A DNA stretch of 64,000 nt from Monocercomonoides exilis PA203 (GCA_001643675.2 LSRY02000034.1:992001-1056000); one strand, 5' to 3'. Positions 1 to 12,516 are shown, numbered from the stretch's first letter. The notes: generated by a model from the letters alone, not told the origin. A program made the numbers and translations.

Positions 1-1017
1 CAAATCGAAGCGCTTGGAGAAGGAAAAGATTTTTGGAAGGAGATATTTCAGATATCTGTTAGCAAAATTTTGAAAACAGAAGGAATGAAAATTTTTCATT
101 GAAAACGTGCAATGCAAATGAAATAAGGTATTGAAAACTCCTTGATTGTTATTGCTGAAGGTTGCTGTAACATTTTTGAAGCGATTATTTATTTATTTAT
201 TTTTGTTTGTTTTCAATGCGAGAGATTCAATTGTTTTTAGAGGAGGGGAAAGTTGTTTTTCCACAGCAAAGGCAGCAAGCTCCCATTTATTGGAACAACA
301 GTTTGAATGGTGAATGATGAACTTCTTTGAGAAGGCTTTTCATTTTTTGTTTGTGAACTCAGATCAAACCAGCTAAGAAGATAAAGGGATGAAAAAAGCA
401 AATAAAAATAACATATTCAGATGAACCGACAGGAAAACGTTGTGGAAATTCATCAGCCGAAGATTTATCTGCATCAACATCATTCCATCTGATAATGCGC
501 CAGTTGCAGCAGAAACATTTCAATGGCCAATGACTGTTTCATTCAACACACAAAATGTTTTTGCTGTTTGTGCTGTTAATTTTGGTGATTCTCGTTTTGC
601 CGAATATTCATCAAGAAATACAGCTGACTTCTTCTCATATGACTCAACTTCCCTACGAGCCACTCCAACAAAGAGAGAAATTTTATTCACAAGATCTGTT
701 CATCTTCTTCTTCATGTTTTATTGCTGACAGCCGTATTTGACTATCTTCTTCTGCTTCGTCTTCCTAATTTTTTTGGATACGAAATGAGCGAAAACTGAG
801 CTAATCTGATAAAAATCCATCCTTTTTGAGCATTGATCAAAAAGACATCGCTTTTGGAGATTCTTTTTTTGGAAAACGTTTCTGACCTTCACATCAGCAC
901 ATAAGAATGAAACAAGGAGAAGATGAGAAAAGATTAAAAAAGCTTCATGGAGAAGACAAGAAAATCAGCCCAACCGAAAAGATAGACAAGTCACTTTCAC
1001 AGAAACGCATCTGAACC

Positions 1018-1218
1018 TTCTTCTTCTTCTTCTTCTTCTTCTTCTTCTTCCTCTTCCTCTTCCTCTTCCTCTTCCTCTTCCTCTTCCTCTTCCTCTTCCT
1101 CTTCCTCTTCCTCTTCCTCTTCCTCTTCCTCTTCCTCTTCCTCTTCCTCTTCCTCTTCCTCTTCCTCTTCCTCTTCCTCTTCCTCTTCCTCTTCCTCTTC
1201 CTCTTCCTCTTCCTCTTC
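1018..1218. repeat. Compound microsatellite (CTT)n/(CTTCCT)n
   Basis: Directly visible ~200-bp pure pyrimidine tract; it explains the poly-K/R and poly-E ORFs in the track. Confidence 0.95.
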
Positions 1219-1710
1219 AGCGCTTGCAACCGATCTTTCAGATGCCTCGGTGGCAGCGGTGCCATACACTTCTGCATCAGCATTGCATAACATCGAGAGG
1301 CGACTGCGGATTGTTGAATCTGAAGAATGTGAGGAATTTGCAAATCACAAAAAGTCATTGCTGATAGCTCTGCTGATGCTGCTGGGATTTGTTGTGGTGC
1401 AGCGGGTGGTGCTGTGTTGGGTGGTGCGCATGTATACAACATGGCACTTTTGGTAATGCTTTCTGTTCCGCTTGTGGCTCAGCTTCAGTCGCTTGCCACA
1501 TCGAAGGTGATCACGAAGTCGGGGAGCAAGCTGACGTTCGCGGAGGAGGATATGAATGAATTTCCTTCAATCGACGATCGGTTTGACCCTTCGCTGCTGC
1601 CGTCGGTGAAAGCGCTGCTGGTGTCGCTATCTCCGCAGCCGAAGAGTGTTGTGGTGAAAGCAGTGCGAAGAAGCCGAGGAAGGAAAAGGAGGAGGGGAAG
1701 AAATACATAA
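1219..1710 (+). other. GC-richer, probably dispersed-repeat ORF or relic (…MALLVMLSVPLVAQLQSLATSKVITKSGSKLTFAEEDMNEFPSIDDRF…), function unknown
   Basis: GC island between two microsatellites. ORF 1414-1710, with stops in the upstream part of the same frame. No recognisable domain. Confidence 0.35.
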
Positions 1711-1844
1711 AGAGAAAAATTGCATAGTAGATGGGAAAGACGAGTGTGATGCTTTGATGATACTGGCCAATAATAGACACTGTTTGAAGAAAAAGCAGGA
1801 GAAGATGAAAAATGGAGGGAAAAATATGGCGAAGAATAAGAATA

Positions 1845-1899
1845 AGAAGAAGAAGAAGAAGAAGCAAAGAAGGAGAAAGATGATAATGATGATGATGAT

Positions 1900-1930
<31 letters not shown>

Positions 1931-2010
1931 AAGAAGGAGAAGGAGAAGGAGAAGGAGAAGGTGAAGGTGAAGGTGAAGGTGAAGGTGAAGGTGAAGGTGA
2001 AGGTGAAGGA
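1845..2010. repeat. Compound microsatellite (AAG)n-(GAT)n-(GAG)n-(GAAGGA)n-(GAAGGT)n
   Basis: Directly visible. Confidence 0.9.
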
Positions 2011-2202
2011 GTAATTGTTGTTATTGTTGTTGAAGAAGTTGTTGAACGAGATAGATGAAGAATGAATTGGTGTTGCCCGCACTGATAAAAAAGACTCTTT
2101 TCGGATTGTTATCAAATTCTTCCTCTCTTCTTCTTCTTCTTCTGGCTGAACAAATGCAATTTCAGAAAAGTTTGAAATTGAAAAAGCTCTTTTGTTTCAA
2201 AC

Positions 2203-2349
2203 GAATGCAAAATAATCTGAAATATTCAATGATAAATCATCACAATAATATTTTTTGCGAAGAAGATCAAATCTTTCATTAAAGCTTAGAATAATTTCTT
2301 CGTATCCTTCTTCTTCCATCGTTTCAAACATTTGCCTTTTCAGCTCTTT

Positions 2350-2410
<61 letters not shown>

Positions 2411-2520
2411 TTCTTCTTCTTTGTTTATTTGACATGTTTCATGACATTATGATTTGACATGTCTGTTTTCAACCGAGTTGCGGAATTATCTTCAAAAAAT
2501 ATTGAACGGACATGAACGGG
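2203..2520 (-). pseudogene. C-terminal relic of the repeated hypothetical family, interrupted by an (AAAG)n expansion
   Basis: Minus strand reads RKELKRQMFETMEEEGYEEIILSFNE and aligns with 2669-2890 of the adjacent copy. A (CTTT)n tract lies at 2346-2420. Confidence 0.75.
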
Positions 2521-2654
2521 GGAATTTATTTTCGGTGATTTTTTATTTTTTTGAAATGTTTGAAGAAGAAGAAGAAGAAGAAGAAAGAAGAAAGAAAAAG
2601 AAAAAGAAAAAGAATTGATTTTCTGTGCAACTTTATTCACAGCACTCCATTTTC

Positions 2655-4060
2655 TCAAATATTAACAGAATAATCCGAGATATTCAACGATAATTCGTCT
2701 CCATAAAAATATTTTCTTTTTAGTGTATTCAATCTTTCATGAAGGCTGATGATTATCTCTTCGTATCCTTCTTCTTCTATCTTTTCAAGCACCTTCCTTT
2801 TCAACTCTTTTCTTTTCGCTTCTTCCATTTCATTGTACGTTTTTTCTTTCAACCGCCTTGAAATATTCTCAAAAAATGTCAAGCTATGGTGTGTTATTTC
2901 GTCAATCAATGTTGGCTTCCGAATATCCTCCAAAACGCAACCGACAGCTCCACTTTTCAGCAAGTCATCAACTGGTACAAATCCGTTACCTGCGGCATTT
3001 CTCAAGGAAAAAACGCACCAGTATCTAATTTCTTCGTAATTATCCTTCGCTGTTCGATATATCTGAACAACGCTTCCTATCAGCTCAACATATTCTTCAT
3101 TCCACAATTTGCATGAGTCAAAATAGGACTTTATTGTTTTCATCCATCCCGTGATTACAAGCACTTCTTTTGTTTCTTTTCCTCTTTCATCTTCTTTTCT
3201 TGTCCAGTCAACATTTTTTCTCAGTTCTTCTAGTTTTCTTGCAGCCTCTTTCCCAAAATGCAGCTCATTCACAATAATTATTTCCAAACTTTCATTGGAA
3301 TAAAATCTATGTATCAAAAACTCCCAAGCATATTGATAGGCCAGATGAGTAAGATTGCGATGCTTTTGGTGATATTTGATGATCTCTTTGATTTCACTTA
3401 AATGCAGCTCCTTATCGATTTTCTAATTAAAAACAATTCAATCAATCAATAAACAAATAAAAGCATACCACCCACATCGCGATATTTTTCAAAGCAAGAA
3501 ATGCCCTTTCCACTTCTTCTTGAGTTTCTTCGCTTTCCTCTTTCTTCAATACAACTTTCAAAAGGTGATGAACTCCTACAGAAGTTACTTTTTTTGGAGA
3601 AACTTGAAAGCCAACATGCAGCATAATACAGCATTCGCAAAGATCAGCAAGAAGCTTTTCATTTTTCCCTTCTTTTTTCTGTTCTTCTTCAGAAATCATC
3701 TTCTTTAATCTTTCATTCAGCGAACATTCTTTAAAGAATCGGATATATATATATTCGAGTGCTTTGTAATATCCAATATTCTTCAGCAATAAGCATGCAT
3801 TTTCCATTGATATTTTCTTTTCTTCAATCATTTTGTTTATTTGATTGAAGAATTTTATGGAAAAGGCGGATCAAAATTGCGCTTCATTCATTTTATCAAT
3901 AACTTCATTCATTTCAATGATTTTCTGTTTCTGCTCATCCTCGCTGCAATGCTCCTGTTTTGAATTTAATTCTTCAAAGAAAGAAATTCAATAGACAAGA
4001 ATTAAAATGCAAAAAAATGAATGCAAACTATTGAACTTTTTTGTGTTGTCTGTCTCCTAT
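2655..4060 (-). pseudogene. Repeated hypothetical family copy 1 (in-frame TGA at 3871-3873)
   Basis: Family motifs MIEEKK…LLKxxGY, DLCEC, NLTHLAYQYAW, IVNELHF, EEEGYEE, LNISDY. Premature stop in exon 2; first exon degraded. Confidence 0.8.
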
Positions 4061-7000
4061 AAACAGATTTTTTAAAAAAAATTGAACAAGAAAACAACAT
4101 CATTATGATATTTACATTGAATTTAAATATGTTTGGATTGAAGAAGTTAATGAAAACAAATACTCAAAATATTTATAAAATATATTCTTCCACACATTTT
4201 TGTCTTTTATTGCCATTTATAACAAAGGATAATGAGTGGAAGCAATGATAAATAATTAATCTTTATTTGTTATGGATTCAAAGATCATCATATTTGAAAG
4301 AACGGAATTATCCATTCACTGATTGAGATTCAGTGAGTGAACATTACCTGTAGAGCTAGGAATATTATTTCCTGTGGAGGCAACAGACAATGGTGGAGAT
4401 GCAATATTTTTGAAATACTTTCTGATAATTATTGGAGATTGGATGGCCAGGGGGAATACAACAATTTCATCAATTACACAAAAAGGCGTAATGTATGTAA
4501 TTTATATTGTTCTACATGTTGTGAAGATATTTCTATCTGTATCCTCTCCAGAGTCCAGAAATCCTGCTTATTGTTGAAATGGCCAATCTCCGCTTTGGAG
4601 AGCAATACGATGTAAATGGTGCAGATTATTATATAGCCATTGGGAAATAAATGAAGTTGCGCAAGATACATGATTATTATAATTTTTTATTTGGTTCAAG
4701 AGGTGAAAACAAACTCAACTGTAATATTAAAAAAAGAAGATTTATGGATGGTATTCTGTAAAGGACAAAATCTGCACAAAATTATATAGAATTTTGGAAT
4801 TTAATGCAGTGAAGCAGTTTGTGGTATTTTTTGGCAAGGAAAGCAACTGGCAATATCGAGGGAAGGATATTTATCACACAAAAAAGGCAAGAATTCAATG
4901 GGAAAAAGGAGAGCCCCAAAATGTCAATTATATTTGTAAGATTTTCCTGTTGCTCAGACAGGCCAGGCAGACATGGAAAGCGACGAAATTCTATTTCTGA
5001 TTCTGCTTTTGCTTCAAAAGAAAGGAGAAACGCCAACGACGAGACATCCAACAGTTGAATGCATAATGGAAATCAAACTTCATTCGGGTCAACCACATCT
5101 GAATTTTGTACTCCAAAGCTCCAGGCATTTTGAGCAAGCAAGGCGATAATCATTCACAGTTTTCTTTCTATTACTTCAATGCTAATTACAAAAAATGCAG
5201 ATTATTTGATACAATCCTCATCAAGAGTTGCAATCCAGAAATTTTATTAATTTGTTCTATTTTCATTTTAACGAATTGGAGTTGATTTATGATAATTTGT
5301 TAGCTTTGCTTTGGATGCGTTGATGTGATGGTTGAAGTTAGTCAAGACGTATATGTTTTCTCAGACGAACTTCGAGAGTAGACAATTTCTCTGAAGGCTG
5401 TTTAATGTGTTTATTTCTGGTTGTTATGACGTTGGCTTGTGTTTATCTTGCATTGCGGCTTCTATTAGAAATGGTTTTTAAAAATGGGGAATTCTTCATA
5501 TTCTGCTTTCAAGCGAACATATTTTCTGGAACTGATTGAGTTTCTCTGCTGCTTGTGTGCCAACAAGAAGAATGAAGCATCACACATTCATTCATCTTCT
5601 TGCAGTGTTGCTGCTATTATTCAGTAAATGTAGTTTTCTTTACTGATCTGTTTCCACAGCGAATGTGAGCTAATTCAATGAGATGGGAGATTTTATTGGG
5701 TCTTAGCAGAAGAAAGCAGTAGCGCAAGAAGAACAAAAGATTGCCTGATCAGAAGCAGATGAAGATGAATAAATATTATCTGGGTTTATTGGGAAAGATG
5801 AAGGGAAAGGCGAATAAGGAGGCAAAAAGGGAAAAGAATACGCGATGATACGACAATGTAATGGAGAAAAGGAGTCAACAGAGAAGCAAAAGATGGTTTT
5901 ATGATTGGATTATTCTCTTCTGGCATTTTTGTGTGGATTGAGCAAAAGAAGTAATTAGAGCGAACAGGTCTTTGGGCAGAGGATATTTGCGAAAGTGACG
6001 TGATTTGGTCTTGCTCAATTTGTATTTATCTGTTGTTTCATTCACGAGAATTTCATCTCAAGCAATGGAATGTAGTTTAAAAAAGGAATTATCAATTTCA
6101 TTTAATCCTTATGTGCTTTCTGAATACTGAACAGCAGGAAAATGAATGCAAACGCTATTTCAGTGAAAAAGAAAAGCAATGTTTTGTATCAGTCTTGCTA
6201 AGTTTATTCTTCAGTGAGAAGCATGCAAAAAATGCTCTTGTAGATTATGCCTTGCAACAGAATGACAACATTTCAGCGACCTGTGAAATTGTTTGAAGAA
6301 GGAAAGGAACTCAAGCAAATGCAAAACCAGAAGATGAAAGAAGAAGAATATGCATATGATCGTTTTCTGCTGAATCTCAATGCAAAGCTTTCATTCTCTG
6401 TTTTCATCGTGAAGTCTCCTTCCTTCTAGCAAAAATGGCTTTGGCAGTCAAATGTGCTCAACAAGTTGCAAAGAAAAGATGAAAAATCAATTTTTGCTAC
6501 TGCATCGCCAAACACAAAGCATCGTTTCTTGAATGCTGGACATGTCATTTGCTGACTTTCTTTGAATGATTCGTTTCTAAGCATTTCTATAAAATTAACT
6601 TCTGAAGCACTTGCTCTCTGTTGACTGCAATTAGACTTCTTTTTTTTAAAATCCCTTTCTTTGGCAATGTTTGATAATTATTCTTTCCTCAACTTTTTTT
6701 TTTTGTTTTTGTTGCTTTTTTCAAAAATGATACTTCAACAAATTTGAGTTGATGCCGAAGCTGATTGAAAGAGTAAGAATCAATAAAATGAATATGAATG
6801 CAATCTCGAATGTTCTTGTTTTCCCTCAGAATCTTCAAAGCATTTAGCAAGAAATAACTTCCTAACAGGCATTTTTTTGATTATGATTTTCACCTCCTCC
6901 CTCAAACTCCACTTATGTATTCACTCTTTATTCCATTTCAATATCTAAAAAATGTTATTTAAAAGGAAAACATACAAGAAATTTTTAAAAAAAACTCCTC

Positions 7001-7237
7001 TTCAACATAAACTTTAGGTTTGATCACAAAAAGGCAATTGATTTTTCTTTCTGATCTTTTTCAGCCAATCATTGCAATTTTGTGAAACTTTCTTTTGTTG
7101 AGTTTTTTGACAGAAAAAACAAATAATAAGAATAATGATCTTTTCAATTTTGAAAATTATCAATTTTGTTTGTGTTTTTCTTTTATTATGTTGGAAGAGG
7201 AACGGTTTTGAATAAATATAGAAAAAAATATATTTGA

Positions 7238-8700
7238 ATGATGAAGGTGTCTTATGGAAACAAACCTGGTTGTGAAATTCGAGAAATGTCTCCAACAGAA
7301 AATTTTTCTCGTTTGTTTGTTTCGCTTATTTTTATGAAGCACCTTTCCTTCTGTTATTCATGAAAATTTGAAGAATTGGTTTGTGAACAAGAACAGTGCG
7401 ATGAGAATGCTCAAAGACAGAAAATTGAGGAAATGATCGAGCTTGCTGATAAAATGGAAAGAAAAGAATTTTATTCAATCTTTTCAATTACATTTTACCA
7501 AAAAATCGACAAAATGATTGAAGAAAAGAAATTGTCATGGGGAAACGCAATTTTGTTGTTGAAGCACATGGGTTACTTCAAAAGATTGAAAAACGTTTCC
7601 GATTTCGCATTTGATTATTCCACATTGAAAAAAAGATTTGAAAAGATGGTGATAGAAGAAGAGAAGAAAAAAGAAAGGAAAGATGAGAAGCTATTGGTTG
7701 ATCTTTATGAATGCATTCAACTGCACAACACTCGTCCTGCTTCAGATGATTTCCTGTCAGTTTGTGTGCCATTCCTTATAAAAGTTGCATTGAACAGAGA
7801 GGGAAACGAGGAAACTAGAAAAGAAGTGGAAATTGCATTGCTAACATTAAGTAATGTTGGCCAATATACTGTATGAACATTTTGATCTCATTTTTGATAT
7901 TATTGATTTTTATAAATATTATTTCTCGCAAGCACATTGAAAAAGAACAATTTTTGAGTGAAATTAATGGAATCATAAAACATCATCAAGCACATCACAA
8001 TCTCACTCAGCTCGCCTATCAATCAGCATGGCAGTTTTTCGTAAGCAGATTATTCTATGATGAAAGTTTAGAAGATATTATTGTGAATGAATTGCATTTT
8101 GGAAGAGAGGCAGCAAGTGAAATGAAGGAGCTTTCAAAGAGTGTGAGTTGGAAGAGAAAAAAAGAGGAAGAGGAAAAAAAAGAAGAGAAAGGGGCGTTAA
8201 TTATCGGGAGATGGCTATATTCAATTGAATATTATTTATCCCATTGCAAAATGTGGAATGGAGAGCATTCTGAGCTTATTGGCTGCATTGTTAAGATGTT
8301 TCAAGCATCAAGAGATAATTACAAAGAAATTCACGTTAATTGCCTATATTTATTTAGAAAATCAATAGAAAAGAAAAATGTGAAAATTGAAGACTTGTTG
8401 AATGAAGGAGCCATCGATCTTTGTTCTGATGAAATGAAGCGATCAATTTTGAATGTTGGAATTGCATGGGAATGCTTGCTTTTCTTTTTGAATGTTTCAA
8501 TGCGATTGAAAGAAGAAGATGATGATGAAACAAAAGAAGCGAAAAGAAAAGAGTTGAAAAGAAAGATATATGAAAAGATGGAAGAAAAAGGATATGAAGA
8601 CAGCTTTGTCAGCTTTTATGGAGTTATTTTATTTCTTCATGGTGAATATCAAGATGACGATTTGTCGTTAAATGTTGAAGATTACTTTGCAAATGTTTGA
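7238..8700 (+). CDS. Repeated hypothetical family copy 2, apparently intact (exons 7238-7310, 7374-7870, 7933-8700)
   Basis: GT-AG introns 7311-7373 and 7871-7932 join the exons in frame. Motifs HHNLTQLAYQSAWQF, IVNELHFGREAA, KMEEKGYED. Confidence 0.85.
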
Positions 8701-9005
8701 TGAAAAGCAGTTCCTTGAGATAATCGCTCAATTGATGTTTTTCATTTTATATCATTTCACAAACTGGGAAAATAATCATTTTAAAATTCAAATTGATAAG
8801 GATTATAACTTATTAAAATTATTGCAATTGAAAAGCTAAGGTAATATCTGTTGACAATTTAATTTTTAACATTCAATTTCAAGGATAAATGTGCAAAATT
8901 CTTTCATTTTTGAAAGTAACAATGATGAATTCCAAACTTTTTCTGATATCATATCATCATAAGTCTTTCATTCTTAAAAAAGAAGAAGAAATTGAGGAAA
9001 ATATT

Positions 9006-9404
9006 GGAAAGATTGCACATATGCGGACCCTTTTGATCATAGAACCATAATAATATTTATAGGGTTTAAATGAATTCTTTTTCTGACTTTTGTAGTTGTT
9101 TTAGGGTTAGGGTTATCATAAAAATCTTCTTCAAAAAGTTGTTTTAGGCTGTAGGGTTGTGTCTCGAATCTTCTTTATAGGGTTTTGATGAGAAAAATGA
9201 GTTTTTTTGTTGACTAAATTTTTAGGGTTAGGGATATCAATAAAAAAATAAATGAAAACACAACCCTTTGGGGTGCAGAAATAGCACAACAGGTTAGGGT
9301 GTTGGAACAGGACGAGAAGGATGCGGGTTCGATTCCTCCCGTATTCTTCTTTTTTTTGCAAAAATTTTCAAAAAATGAAAGGTCCGCATAAGTGCATTCT
9401 TGCC
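9006..9404. mobile_element. 399-bp TIR element (MITE), Merlin-like signature, carrying TTAGGG boxes and a tRNA-like unit
   Basis: TIRs GGAAAGATTGCACATATGCGGACC / GGCAAGAATGCACTTATGCGGACC match at 21/24. Perfect 8-bp TSD AAAATATT at 8998-9005 and 9405-9412. Confidence 0.88.
9275..9357 (+). ncRNA. tRNA-derived Pol III unit (A box, B box, T8 terminator); not a functional tRNA
   Basis: A box TAGCACAACAGG at 9282-9293, B box GGTTCGATTCC at 9326-9336, T-run at 9350-9357. Acceptor and anticodon stems do not pair. Confidence 0.55.
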
Positions 9405-9530
9405 AAAATATTTAAAATATTGCGCAGTGCAAAATTCATAATTCAAAAAATTACAAACCAAATTGAATTGACAAATGAAATTACATTGGTTTGGATCAAA
9501 TAAATAATTTGTTTATGAGAATACTCTGAA

Positions 9531-11269
9531 ATGAGTGTGAATTTCTTTTTACGAAATGAAGCTTTTTGAAAATTTAATTAAAATATTAATATTTTTTCAA
9601 TTATCTACTGCCGACAATTGTTGATGCGAAATGCAAAGACGATTTGCCAAATGAACTGATAAATATGTTTGCATCTTTTAATTTTTTTAAAACGGTTTAT
9701 TGGAATTTCGTATTTTGTTGAAAATGCTCTAAATGTGGATTTGTTTTTTCGTTTTCGATGCTGTCAAAGGATTCTCGAGAATTGCGATTATAACACGTTG
9801 CTGGCTCTTCAAAAAGTGAACAAGAAAATGAAAATGCTCGTTCAAAACGAAGTGTTTGTTTAAGACGTTATTCTATTTTTTGGCACTGAAAAAGATTATT
9901 TTAAAAAAAAAAAACATTTTCAGGTTGTGGATGAATCAGTGCTCCTCTTCGTTTCCGCATTTCAGAGAAATATTAGGGCTTAATTCAACAAATATTCAGC
10001 CACTATCTCTAAATGATTGCGGGTTTCGCCCAAGCAAAGAAAACTTAGTTAAATATGGATTAAGCGAGAAAGGATGGAAAAGAACTTTTTTGTGTGAAAA
10101 AATCAATTTGTAATTTTCGTAAATAAATAATTCTCATTCAACTTCTTTTTTTGCTGCATATTCATTGATCTTTTGAGCAGGGCCTATTTGAAAGTTGCCA
10201 ATTCAATTCAAACAGGAAATAATAGGATAAAAAGTGTTGCAAAAAAGAAATATAATCAAGCGATGATTCTTTGGGGAGTTTTATTTGTTTTTCTTTTGAT
10301 TGTTGTGGGACTTGCAATGGCTGGTTGCATGATGATTCCTTTTGCTGCTGAGGCTTTGGAGAAAAAAAGCCGGCCCAATTGCCTTGTGTCTTTTACATTT
10401 AGCGGCATTACTTTCAGCATTGGAGTTGTTGCTGCTTCATTTTATTTTGTTTTTAAAAATTCAGATTGTGGATACTTTTTGTTATTAATTCTGATATGCT
10501 TTCTTATTCCTCCTGCACTGTGGTTGGATGGGGTGATGAAGACCAGCATCTACATTCCTCTTATTCCTTATGAAATAGCATATTTGTGTCTGATATTATA
10601 TTTTGCAAACAGATTTTTGAAAAAATGTGCTTTTTACCCAATACTTTTGAATTTATTGGCGATTGTCTGCTCTTTTGCTTCTTTCTTGTTGGTCGTGCTC
10701 AAAGCTGATGGTATGAACTTATTATTTCGCTTTATTGTTTATTGTTTTGGTTTTATTTTCTTTCTGATTTTGCTTTTTTTTTCACTCCTTTCTTTTGATC
10801 ATTCAATTTTTCTTTTTCGGACAAATTAATTCGTTTTTTATTTGTTTGCTTTTCTTTATTTTTCTTGCTTTTGTTAGGTATTGGTTCTTATTGCTGGACT
10901 ATCTCATTAATTCCTATGTATGTGGCATACTGGTTCGCACACTGCCACATAATTGATTATTTATTTTGCAAAGATCACGATTTGTGTTATTCATATGCTT
11001 GCACTGTCGTTTTGTTCATTTTACTGTTATTGCAATCATTGCTTCTAACTCTCCGGATGGACAGATTTGTGAAAGGGCATTTTTGCTTATATTTTATTCC
11101 GCTGTTTTTGTATATCCTAGTTGGTTTAATAAAGTTGTGTCTATATTCATATTCATTTTGGAGAAAAGCACATAAACATTCAAAAAATGCAATGAATGAC
11201 TGCTATGTGAAGATGCCTCCACCCAAGCCAGCCGAAAATGAAGCCTTACTTTTGTGTTATTTGAAATGA
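9531..11269 (+). CDS. F-box + multi-pass membrane protein (TMEM185/TMEM60-like); exons 9531-9534, 9639-9666, 9770-9853, 9924-10091, 10181-10710, 10878-11269
   Basis: Phase-compatible GT-AG splicing gives MNDLPNELINMILENCDYNTLLALQKVNKKMKMLVQNEVLW, which fits the F-box consensus. Then several hydrophobic helices with repeated LWLDG…IYIPL, LKADG…SLIPM and LRMD…YFIPL motifs typical of the TMEM185 family. Confidence 0.75.
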
Positions 11270-12250
11270 AAGCTTGATTTCGAATTATTATATTGGTCAA
11301 ATTTTATTTGATAAAAACCTGTTTGGCGATTGCCTGTTTCTTTCTTTTTGAAGTTATTTTATCGCTTTTCTTCTGTTGAGCATCATTTGAGCATATTTTT
11401 ATTTTTTCTTTAAAAATATGAAAATGCGGTGAATACACTTATTCATAATTAAGCTATTTATTTCTTTATTTATTGAAGGAAAGCTCGAAAGATGCGTTTT
11501 TTTTATTATTCAAAAGTGGATAATACTCACAATCTTGTTCGTTAATTTAAGTTCTTTGTCACAAATGGTCAGGGTGAATTGAACAAAATAGATTCAAGTG
11601 AATAATAATATTCACATTATTGGCAAGAATTAATAATCAATGCCAAAAAGAAAATAAACAAAATTTAATAAAATTAAATAATACAAAATTTCTAATTTTT
11701 TATAATAACGAAAAATAGAAAGTGTCAGAAAAAATCTTTATTTTGTTGTCTGCGGTGTTTTTGTAAATAATTTTCTTTATCTTTAATCACAAAAGTTTTA
11801 AGGCACTTATCATTATTAAAAAAACAATTTGAAAATTTTATCATTTTTGTGTTTGTCCTGTAATTTGTGCAAATTCAAAATGTTTATTATCTAAAATTAT
11901 CAGGTTTTCATTTGAAATCAAAATTTTAAAAGATATGTGTGATAAATTTTTGAACGCTTATCATTTTGTTGCATTTGTTCATGTCTTTATTCATAGTTGC
12001 AGGTTAATTTTTTTGTAAAATTCCTTTGGTTTTATGATACAAATTGAAAGAAGTTTTATGTTTTTATCAAATTTCTGTTTTCGTACATGTATCCACACTT
12101 GAAATGAGTGTAATAGTATTATTAAGTTACAGTTTTTATTTAAGAAAAGTTTTGTGAGCGTGAACAGAACTTTCGATAAAATATAGCGAATATTTTTTTA
12201 ATCATTTTTTCGTTCGAGTGATGATCAATATTTTCATCTCAACAGGATTA

Positions 12251-12516
12251 TGAAAGAATAATTGGGTAATTCTTTTTGAAAAGTCGCAAATGTTTAATTT
12301 TCGAATGAATTAAAAATTTCATATAATGCTCATATTTCTGTTTCTTCTCACGAATCTTCAATGGAATGTTCGAAACAGCATTATCCAGAAATTGATTCCA
12401 TATTAGTGAAGTTTGGTGTCTATCAACAAAAATCTGAGTAAAATATGAAAATTTTGATTTATTTGAAAATGAAACATTTGCGACTTTTCAAAAAGAATTA
12501 CCCAATTATTATTTCA
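12251..12516. mobile_element. Foldback MITE-like element with ~90-bp inverted arms
   Basis: Perfect 39-bp inverted repeat at 12257-12295 / 12472-12510, extending imperfectly to ~90 bp. TSD unclear. Confidence 0.75.

Noticed and set aside
945-2115. Poly-K/R, poly-E and poly-F/T ORFs
   Set aside because: They are translations of microsatellites.
4337-5058. Short ORFs as a retroelement or transposase relic
   Set aside because: No RT, integrase or DDE motifs could be identified.
9059-9300. Telomere or interstitial telomere fusion site
   Set aside because: At most two tandem hexamers, dispersed inside TIR/TSD-bounded elements.
9275-9346. Functional tRNA gene (also considered at 33843-33926, including tRNA-Sec)
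   Set aside because: No pairing acceptor or anticodon stem at 9.3 kb. At 33.8 kb there is a 10-nt central loop, no UCA anticodon and a broken T-stem.
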